Made by a program: the position numbers and the translations under genes. The notes under the pieces are model-generated. The model did not search any database and was not told the origin of the DNA. It was given only the letters and a program-made list of their open reading frames with translations. A stretch of 21,983 nucleotides of DNA from Chiloscyllium plagiosum (lineage: Eukaryota), in NCBI RefSeq assembly GCF_004010195.1, contig NC_057718.1, forward strand, positions 96,209,049 through 96,231,031, given 5' to 3'. This document shows positions 9,400 to 18,349 of the stretch, one piece after another (the stretch's first letter is position 1; the number at the start of each line of letters is the position of its first letter).

Positions 9400-9431
9400 C
9401 CCCCCCCGCCCCCCCCCCCCCCCCCCCCCCC
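9400..9431. repeat. Poly-C/poly-G tract
   Basis: 32 bp of C with a single G at 9408; uninterrupted C23 at 9409-9431. Confidence 0.95.
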
Positions 9432-9451
9432 TCTCACCACAATACACACAT

Positions 9452-10634
9452 AAAACATAGTACATAGAATGTTACAGCACAGTACAGGCCCTTCAGCCCT
9501 CAATATTGTGTTGACCTGTGAAAATAATCTGATGGCCATCTAACCTATACCGTTCCATTATTATCCATATATATGTCCAACGCCCATTTAAATGCCCTTA
9601 ACATCGGCAAGTCTACTCCTGTTGCAGGCAGGCAGTTCCATGCTGCTACTACTCTCTGAGTGAAGAAACTATCCTTAATATCTGTCCTAGATCTATCACC
9701 CCTCAATTTAAAGCTATGTCCCCTTGTGTTAGTCTTTACCATCCGAGGAAAAAGGCTCTCACTGTCCACCCTATCTAAGCATCTGATGATCTTATACGTC
9801 TCAATTAAATCACCTCTCAAGCTTCTTCTCTCCAACAAAAACAGCCTCAGTTCCCTCAGCCTTTCCTCAAGATCTTCCTTCCATACCAGGCAACATCCTA
9901 GTAAATCTCATCTGAACCCTTTCCAAAGCTTCCACATCCTTCCACATAATGCGGTGACCAGAACTGTACACAATACTCCAGGAGCAGCCTTACCAGTGTC
10001 TTGTACAGCTGAAGCATGACCTTGTGGCTCCGAAACTCAATCCCCCAATCAATAAACGCCAACGCACCATATGCCTTCTTAACAAGCCTATCAACCTGGT
10101 TGGCAACTTTCAGGGATTTATGCACCTGGACACCGAGATCTCTCTGTTTATCCACGTTGCTAAGGATTTTACCATTAGCCCGGTACTCAGCATTCCAGTT
10201 ACATTTTTTGATGTAATTCACAATTTTCCGCATTATACTCCATTTGCCACTTCTCCGCCCAGCTATACATCTTATCTATGTCCCTCCGTAACCCATAACA
10301 TCCTTCGACACTACCCACAACTTTGCCTATCTTGGTGTCATCCGCAAATTTACTAACCTATCCTTCTATGCCCACATCCAGATCATTTATAAAAATGACA
10401 AACAGCAGTGGCCCCAAAACAGATCCTTGCAGCACACCACTGGTAACTGAGCTCCAGGATGAACTTTCCCATCAACCACCACCCTCTGTCTTCTTTCAGG
10501 TAGCCAATTTCTGATCCAAACCGCTAAATCACCTTCAATCCCGAAACGCTGTATCTTGTGCAATAGTCTACTGTGTGGAACCTTATCAACCACCTTACTG
10601 AAGCATATTCAACATGTAGAATGTCTACTGCCTT
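9452..10634 (-). mobile_element. CR1 (HER1-like) LINE, 5'-truncated RT to 3' tail, frameshifted
   Basis: Minus ORFs read [52 protein letters not shown]...LYKTLVRLLLEYCVQFWSPHY; LERRSLRGDLIETYKII...TRGHSFKLRG...FFTQRVVAAWN. The tail is TTCTATG-like. Confidence 0.93.
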
Positions 10635-11380
10635 GATATTTTGCCTCCTTTCACTTTCAGTAGCTTGATTGCAATTCAGCTTCAAGGGTGCTTGAATATC
10701 TTCCATAAGTTGCTATTCTTCAGATGTGACCTTTCCACTGTTAACATGGTGCCTATTACTGTTGAAATCGCCGTTGAGGATTGAATTGAAGGTTGAATCG
10801 TATTTTTTTTTGTGGCTAAGTGTGAGTTACGTTGGAGATTCTGGAGAGCTTCTTGCCATTAGGCCTTTGTGAGATTTCATGCTTTGGCTAACCAAACTCT
10901 CCTCATTAATGACCTTTCCTGGCCTTACACCATCTGTCAAGTCTGATTCTATCCCTATTTTACCACACACCATTCCCAGAACAACACACCACTCCGCGGG
11001 TATCTGCTGGAAAACTAGCATCCCTCACACGCGTGCCATCCTTTAAAGATCACTGTGTGCCTGGACAAGCATTAGCTATCCAGCATTGTCCTTTGATGAC
11101 TATGTAATGGCACAACAACCACAGAGCTGCCAAAATCTGACAGTCCCTCACACACACAAACCCCATTCCCCTTACTAGTCGCTGCTTTATCACCAAACCA
11201 CACTGTTTAAATCTTGTCTGAACACCCTCGCCAGGTCAATGTGCCTCTATCCCCAGTGCCCTCTGTAAACCTGAACCTTGTCATTCAATAGGGGAACAAT
11301 ATATTGGATGATCAATTGGACAAATATAAACAGACCTTTTATTAATAGCCACCGAAGATAACGCATACAAACAACACAAC

Positions 11381-11508
11381 ATTGCTGATGGTGGACTTGC
11401 GCCTGAAATATCAATTCTCCTACTCCTTGGATGCTGCCTGATTGGCTGTGCTTTTCCAGCACCACACTTTTTGGCTGATCTTCAGCAGCTGCAGTCCTCG
11501 CATCCTCC
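11381..11508 (+). mobile_element. Short Penelope-like terminal repeat with decayed hammerhead
   Basis: ATTG-CTGATGG-TGGACTTGCGCCT-GAAA-TATC-AATT followed by CCTTGGATGCTGCCTGATTGGCTGTGCTTTTCCAGCACCAC...CTGCAGTCCTC, homologous to the 15710-15805 arm. Confidence 0.7.
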
Positions 11509-11604
11509 AAAAATGATAGAAATGACACTTCACTCCAGCAATGCAAACCGAATGTCGACATAGTGACCAACCACGATTCTACCGTCTACGATGGTCTGCT
11601 GCAA

Positions 11605-12290
11605 CTAGATCTCATCGACTGGAAGCGGGCATCAGTCAGCTCCTGTTCAGCTTGTAGTGCCTGACACACTGAGCTCTGTCACTGACAAGGAGAGCTCTCA
11701 TCTCCCCATTATCCTCATCGTCCTCCTCCTCTGAAGACGTCTCCCATTCTCCCAGTTCCTCAACATCCAGACCATTGCGTCGCTGCCTGCTCCCACTATA
11801 CGGAACACAGCACTCCAGGATGGTGTGACACACTCTGTCCGGTCTACACTGAAAGCTGGACTATACAGACTGGTCCCCAGACAGAAGAACCATATCTTCA
11901 GCAGTCCCCATCATCTGCTCCACCTTGACCCTGGTCAAAGTGTGGTCAGCATTGTATCCGCGTTCTGCATCCACCAGGGGCTTGTGTAATGGTGGTGTCA
12001 GCCATGGTCGCAGTGGTAGCTCTGTGATCCTGCACAGGTGCAGTGGTCAATACCCTGGTGCTTTGGGGGTGCGTGATCCCACACAGATGCACTCATCACT
12101 CCCTGAACAGAGTGAGTCACAGAGAAGTTCAAAGCAGCCGTCACCTTTCCAGTTACTGTGCCCCTCCAGTGCCTGGCGCTGTTTCATCAAAATGTCTTGA
12201 GATGTACAGAAGCTGCTGTATGAATACCTTGTTCATCCCCAGGCAGAAGGCTTGTGCCTGACTGAGCCATACACATAAAGATTGAGGGCT
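11605..12290 (-). mobile_element. PIF/Harbinger DNA transposon transposase relic (HARBI1-like/DDE_Tnp_4), internally deleted
   Basis: Minus strand with frameshifts reads KVTAALNFSVTHSVQG..LCGITH (N-terminal HTH region), then PLRPWLTPPLHKPLVDAERGYNADHTLTRVKVEQMMG-LLKIWFFCL...RPDRVCHTILECCV, an acidic tract EEEDDED, and ELTDARF. This fits the YPL..WLMTP...E..YN..H..TR..VE..G.LK.RF.CL consensus. Confidence 0.85.
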
Positions 12291-12310
12291 CCTTCCCACC
12301 ACTGCTCACT

Positions 12311-12486
12311 GGGCGGCACGGAAGCTCAGTGGTTAGCACTGTGTCTCACAGCATCGATTCCAGCCTCAGGAATCTGTGTGGAGTTTGCACGTGTGTGCGT
12401 GGGTTTCCTCTGGGTGTTCTGATTTCCTCCCATAATCCAAAGAAGTGCATGTTAGGTGAATTGGCCATGCTAAATTGCCTGTAGTG
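12311..12486 (+). mobile_element. HE1-like V-SINE, 5' part with internal deletions
   Basis: tRNA-like head GGGCGGCACGGAAGCTCAGTGGTTAGCACTG, then TGTGTGGAGTTTGCAC...TGCGTGGGTTTCCTCTGGGTGTTCTGATTTCCTCCCA...GTTAGGTGAATTGGCCATGCTAAATTG. Confidence 0.88.
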
Positions 12487-13749
12487 CTCGTGCAATACAA
12501 AAGGGGATAAGCAAAGGAACAAAATAACAGTCCCAAATAAGATGCAAAAGGCATGAGCAAAATCATTACAAGCACCTTCAGAAATGAAGGGAGTGGCAGT
12601 TATACACAGAAGTTGTTGAACTCAGAACTGAGTCCAGAAGGTGATAAAATCACCAAATTGAAAGATGAACCACTGTTCTTCAAATATTCAGTGGTTCGGA
12701 TGCATTTATTAACTGAGAATTGGATAGAGATTTTCAAATAGAACAGAATTGAGGTGGTTGGAAGGCTTTGTCATCACTCACCTGTCTCTCAACTGCAGTG
12801 AAACATTAGATCTAATTATCATCATAAATTACATGGATAAAATCAAGATATTTTATAGGAACATATTTTTAAAAGCATTTTGGTTTTGCTGCCTTAGTCA
12901 GAAGAACTGGGCTCTGCTTTATGTGCAACACATTGTTTTCTAAATTCCAGTTCAAGGAGCAGTCCATAATTCTTTAATGGTTAGAGTTAGATCTTTGAGG
13001 TGGGACACCACAGCATTCAGATTGCTGTTCCTTATATTATAGCTCTGAACCTATGTCAGTGCCTACAACCTAATCATAATGCACAGATGTTTGTGAATAT
13101 GAGTCACATCTCAGTCAGTGTAGAAAGAGCAACAGCTTTGTTGTGAAGGGTTAGTATGTATGACCACACTAAATAAAGAGCCCACCACAAACTCTACGCT
13201 ATGCACCATTATATCTGACAACTTTGGTTATGGGCTGCTCTTCAGACAACATGGTTCTTCTGTAACTTGCCCTTCATGCTCAGAGGCAAAGCTTGGTTTC
13301 AGTTTAACAACAGAAACACAATATTTAGAACATCATCCATAACCAACCTGAGGCACAGTCCTAATTGACACCTCTTCTGGAGACCTGAAAACAAATGGAA
13401 ATTAATCAGTTATCTTATGTTTTAAGAAACGTATTTCAAGAACAAATTATTTTCTTTCATTTAATCAATTTAAGATAAACAGTCGAGCTCTTAACATGAC
13501 TCATTCATGTTTGCTGGAAATGAATATTCATAGACAGCGATCCTTTTTCTTGCAATCTAAAGGATATATTTGAGCCTTACACCTTTTTGAATTATTCCCA
13601 GCCTATAATTCCCATGGTCTTCTCCACCGCAGTGACTTAACTAATCCGCATCCTTTTCAATATGAATTATTGCAATCTTTGAAATCTGGCATTTTGCATT
13701 TGTCCTGTCAAATGGAAGGTAAAAGTATTCCAGAACATTCCTCCTTTTC

Positions 13750-14566
13750 AGACTAATGCTGTTTACAAGTTTGCTGATGACACCACCATAATTGGTCGAG
13801 TCTCAGATGGCGACAAAACAGACTACAGAGGAAGGTGGAAGACCTGGAAAAATGGTGCACTGAGAACAACCTAGCTCTCAATGCCGGCAAAACCAAGGGA
13901 CTCATTATTGATTTTTGGCGGGATGTTACTCATGCCCCCATACACATTAACAGTACAGAGGTGAAACGAGTGGAGTGTGTCAAGCTCCTGGGAGTGGTCA
14001 TCCACAGCAAGCTTTCTTGGACTCTTCATGTGCACAACGCCTCTTCTTCCTCAGGCAGCTGAGGAAATTTGGCATGATGGCGAATACCTTTGCCAACTTT
14101 TATAGGTGCACCATCGAGAGCTTTCTGTCTGGATTTATCACCACCTGGTATGGCAACTGTACCATTCAAGATCGGAGATGGTTACAGAGAGTGGTGAACT
14201 CGGCCCGGACAATCACAAAGGCCAACCTCCCATCTATAGAATCCATCTACCAGGCCGGCTGTCAAGGAAAGGCCGCCAGCATTCTCAAAGATCCATCCCA
14301 CCCTGGCAATGTTTTTCTACAACCTTGACCATCAGGGAGAAGATACAAAAGCCTGAACACACACATCAGCCAGTTCCATAACAGTTTCTACCCTGCTATT
14401 GTTAGAATTCTGATTGGACTCACAAACTCTTAATATTTGCTTGTACCTGTGTTTGTGTTTTTGCTGCCGTTTATCTATTATTTACTATCTATGCAACTTA
14501 ACTCCATGATCTGCCTGTATTGCTCATAAGACAAAGCTTTTCACTGTGCCTCAGGACATGTGACAT
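13750..14566 (+). mobile_element. Rex1/Babar LINE, 5'-truncated RT C-terminal half with 3' tail
   Basis: Reads YKFADDTTIIGRVSDGD / WCTENNLALNAGKTKGLIIDF...KLLGVVIHSKLSW / QRLFFLRQLRKFG...FYRCTIESFLSGFITTWYG...LQRVV...ILKDPSHP..*PSGRRY...NSFYPAIVRIL, with frameshifts and a stop. Confidence 0.92.
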
Positions 14567-14619
14567 TCCATTATTTCCAACAATGTTCAAATCATTTTCG
14601 ACAGCATAACTTCCAGAAA

Positions 14620-15459
14620 ATAAAAATGAGGTGTTGTATTTTGGTAAGGCAAATCAGGTTAGGATTTCTACACTTAATGGAAGGGGTCTGGGGAGTGTTG
14701 CTGAACAAAGGGACTTTAGTGTGCAGGCTTGAAAGTGGAGTCACATGTAGACAGGGTGGTGAAGAAGGCGTTTGGTACACTTGATTTTATTGGTCAGTGT
14801 ACTGAATATAGGAGTTAGGTTGTTGTGTTGCAGCTGTACAGGATATTGGGTTAGGTCATTTTGGAATACGGAGTTCAGTTCTGGTCTCCCTGCTGTAGGA
14901 AAGATGCTGTCAAACATAAAACAGTGCCAAAAGGATTTACAAGGATGTTGCCAGGGTTGGAGAGTTTGATCTAGAAGGGAGAGGTTGAATAGGCTGGGAC
15001 TTTTTTCTTTGGAGTGTCGGAGGCTGAGGGGTGACCTTATAGAAGTTTATAAAATCATGAGGGGCATGGATAGGATAAATAGACAAGGTCTTTTTCCAAG
15101 AGTAGGGGAGTTCAAAACTATAGGGTATTGGTTTAAGTTGAGTGGGGAAAGATATAAAAAGGGAACTAAGGGACAACATTTTCACAAAGAAAATGTCCGT
15201 GTATGAAATGAGCTGTCAGAGGAAGTGGTGGAGGCTGGTATAATTATAGCATTTAAAAGGCCTCTGGATGGGTATATGAATAGGAAGGGTTTAGAGGGAT
15301 ATGGGCCAAGTGCTGACAAATAGGCAAAATAGCAATGCAAGTTCCCAGAGCAGTCATAACATGTAAAAAGTGTTAAAATCTTCAATTTAGGATATCTGAT
15401 CAGCATGAACAAGTTGGCACAAAGGGTCTGTTTCCATACTGTTTGACTCTATGACTCTA
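14620..15459 (+). mobile_element. CR1 (HER1-like) LINE 3' fragment
   Basis: Reads NRLGLFSLECRRLRGDLIEVYKIMRGMDRIN; tail AAGGGTCTGTTTCCATACTGTTTGACTCTATGACTCTA. About 60 bp of foreign sequence is inserted at about 15323-15384. Confidence 0.92.
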
Positions 15460-15565
15460 AAAAACAGGGGTTTTCTATTACTTCTAACACTTTCTATTAG
15501 TAATTAGGTCAATTGGTTCACTCTGGGACAAAGAAGATGATATTGCATATGTGAAAGGTTACTTC

Positions 15566-15805
15566 AGTTCTAGGCAAAAGTGAGGACTGCAGATGCTGGA
15601 AACCAGAGTTTAGATCAGAGTGGTGCTGGAAAAGCACAGCAGGTCAGGCAGCATCCGAGGAGCAGGAAAATCAATGTTTTGGGAAAAAGCCCTTCATCAG
15701 GATTCCTGATCCTCAGATGCTGCCTGACCTGCTGTGCTTTTCCAGCACCACTCTGATCTAAAATCTGGTTTCCAGCATCTGCAGTCCTCACTTTTGCCTA
15801 GAACT
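15566..15805. repeat. Long inverted repeat (96-bp arms, 2 mismatches) made of head-to-head Penelope-like terminal repeats
   Basis: 15566-15661 is the reverse complement of 15710-15805 at 94/96 positions. Inner symmetry ATCAGGA-T-TCCTGAT is centred on 15703. Direct repeat TACTTCAGTTCT lies at 15560-15571 and 15814-15825. Confidence 0.95.
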
Positions 15806-16049
15806 TTAACCCATACTTCAGTTCTTGTTGTAGTTCATTCTTAATACAAACTGAATTAAATTGGTGAAACATCTTTAACTTAGCTTCACAATTTGTTTAC
15901 AATAAATGTTTTGCTCATTTTCTCACACCTTTATTTATTGGCAGGGGACATGGTCCATGTTGCAGTATATGCACAGCAATGGCAGCATAGTGGGGAGCAT
16001 GGCTGTCTTCCAAACAGTTTGATTCCCAGCCATTGCAATTGGTGACTGT

Positions 16050-16280
16050 TAGGAACTGGGTAGTTCAGTTGGCTGGCTGGCAGGTTTGAAATCTACTGCT
16101 AACACCAGCAGCATGGGTTCAATTCCCATACCAGTTGAGGTTACAATGAAGGATTTCCCTTCTCAACCTCTCCCCTCACCTGAGGTGTGGTAACCCTCAG
16201 GCTAAGCCACTACTAGTCATCTCTCTGCAATGAGAGAGCGGCCCTATGGTTTGGTGAGACTATGGTGATATTACCTTATT
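16050..16280 (+). mobile_element. tRNA-derived SINE (unnamed family)
   Basis: A-box-like TAGTTCAGTTGG and B-box-like GGTTCAATTCC; body CTTCTCAACCTCTCCCCTCACCTGAGGTGTGGTAACCCTCAGG...CTCTCTGCAATGAGAG; an inverted homolog lies at 17968-18165. Confidence 0.75.
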
Positions 16281-16484
16281 TGTTACGTGTTGTGACTGCT
16301 CTGTGAGTTTGTGTTGTTATTTTGTCCATTTGCCATTTGGAAGATATTGTAGGGAACATTAGAATAGAAAATTAAAAAGTTTGCTTAGGCCTCACAAGAA
16401 TAAATAACTTGTCATTGGATTCATAATGCAGAGGGCCACCAATGGTATAGAAATGACATGAAAGTTAGTGGTATTTTTGATCAT

Positions 16485-16665
16485 TAGGAGGATGGTCTGA
16501 TATCAATCAGCTGGCAAACTGGGCAGAGCAATATCAGGTGGAATTTAACCCTGATCTGTGTGAGGTTGAGCATCTTGGGAGGTCTAAGAAGGGAAGAATT
16601 TACACAATGAATGTTAGGTCCATAGGTAGTACTGAGGGACAAAGGGACCTTGGTGTACCATTCCT
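16485..16665 (+). mobile_element. CR1 RT fragment
   Basis: Reads DINQLANWAEQYQVEFNPDLCEVEHLGRSKKGRIYTMN...EGQRDLGV, matching CR1 W...WQMEFN..KCEV.HFGR...QRDLGV. Confidence 0.85.
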
Positions 16666-16675
16666 TGAAAGTGTC

Positions 16676-16772
16676 AGAGTCAAAACGTGTGGCGCAGGAA
16701 AAGCACAGCCGGTCAGGCAGCACCTGAGGAGCAGGAGAGTCAATGTTTTGTGCATAAGCTCTTCATCGGGAG
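16676..16772 (-). mobile_element. Short Penelope-like terminal repeat with decayed hammerhead
   Basis: Minus strand CCGATGA-AGAGCTTATGCAC-AAAACATT-GACTCTCCTGCTCCTCAGGTGCTGCCTGACCGGCTGTGCTTTTCC, homologous to 15620-15704. Confidence 0.75.
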
Positions 16773-17967
16773 TTTAGGTATGAACAATCATAAGCTGTAG
16801 AAGCAGAAGGAAACCAATCAGCCCGATTGAGTCTGCACCACCATCCAACAAGATCATGGCCGGTCTGAATAACCCACAACTCCACTTTCCTGCCTTTTCA
16901 GATACAACTTGATTTACTTACTGATTAAAGATCTGTCTATCTCAGACAAGAATATAATTAATGATCCAATCTCAACAGACCTAGACTCTCCCATAAAAAG
17001 AAACAACCTCTCCATTTCAATTCTATCAAGCACACTAGGAAAATTTCAATGAGGTCACCTTGCTTTGTTCTAAACTCCATTAAGTACAGGCTAAATCCAC
17101 TCGATTTGTCCTCAAAGATCAGTGGAATCAACTAAGTCAATCTTCCTTGCACTGCTTTTATGCCAGTATATCTTTCCTTAGATGAGGGGACCAAAACTGT
17201 TCACAAGATTAGAGGTGTGGTTCTAATGCTATGTGTCAGCTTCACAAGATTTCCTTATTTTATACACCAATTTGGCTGATATAAGGGTGAAAACTTCTTT
17301 TTCCTTCCCTTTTACATGCTGAACCTGTTTGCTAACATTTGGCCATTCATGCACAAGGAACTAAAAAGACCTCCATGCTGTAGTTTTCTCCAACCTTTCT
17401 TCTTTTCAACAATAGTCAGGACCTCTCTTCATCCTTGGCAAGGCACATGACTACACATTGTCCCTCATTATATTCCATCAGTTTTTGCCAACTCACTTAA
17501 CCTGTCTATATTCCTCTGTAGACTCCTGGTGTCATCCTCACCATATGCTTTCCCACTTATTTTGTGCCATCTACAAACTAGGTGATGGTATCTATACTTT
17601 CCCCATCCAAGTTAAAAATATATATTGTAACTAATTGTGCCCCAGGACTGATCCTTCTGGTACTCTACCAGTTATAGATTGCCATTTTGAGCCTCCCCCA
17701 TTGCTTATCTGTCTTCTATTAATTGGCAATTCTCTAATCATGGTACCAAATTAGCCTCAACATCACGAACACTTGTCTAATTAAGTAGTCTTACATGCAG
17801 TCCTTTATCAAATCTTGTTTGGAAATCCAAATATATTACATTTACTGCTTCCCCTTCATCGATTATGCTTGTTACCTCATCAAAGAATTGTAATAAATTC
17901 ATTATACTGACTCTACTTTATCATGATTGAGTTTCTAAATGCTCTGTTATTACACTGTTTATAAAAA

Positions 17968-18165
17968 TAAAGTCACCTTAATCACACTCTCTCATTACAG
18001 AGAGAGATACAATTGTCAATGATTTAACCTGGGAGTCACCATACATCAGGTTGGAGGAGAGGTTTACAATGATAGGCTTTCATGGTAAACTCAGCCAGTG
18101 CAGGAATCTAATGCACGCTATTGGTTTCACTCTGTATTGCAAGCCAGCCATTCAGTTAACCAACT
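17968..18165 (-). mobile_element. tRNA-derived SINE, same family as 16050-16280
   Basis: CTCTCATTACAGAGAG...AACCTGGGAGTCACCATACATCAGG...GGAGAGGTT...CTCAGCCAGTGCAGGAAT...AGCCAGCCATTCAG..AACCAACT is a diverged reverse complement of 16060-16240. Confidence 0.7.
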
Positions 18166-18233
18166 CATTTCCCAATAATAGAGATTATGCTAACTGGTTG
18201 ATTGTTACCTATCTGTTTTGGTCTTCCTTCATT

Positions 18234-18349
18234 TTGAATATGGGTGTTATATTGAATAAGGGTGTTATATTGAATAAGGGTGTTATATTGAATAAGGATG
18301 TTCTCTTGAATAAGGGTGTTCTCTTGAATTAGGGTGTTTCATTGAATGA
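18234..18349. repeat. 18-bp minisatellite, about 6.4 copies (TTGAATAAGGGTGTTATA)
   Basis: Head-to-tail units start at 18234, 18252, 18270, 18288, 18306, 18324 and 18342. Confidence 0.95.

Noticed and set aside
11605..12290. Domesticated HARBI1 host gene
   Set aside because: Multiple frameshifts, a stop and loss of catalytic motifs indicate a dead transposon.
18234..18349. CRISPR-like array or repeat protein (ILNKGV)n
   Set aside because: Units are head-to-tail with no spacers, the context is eukaryotic, and the peptide periodicity simply follows from the 18-bp unit.
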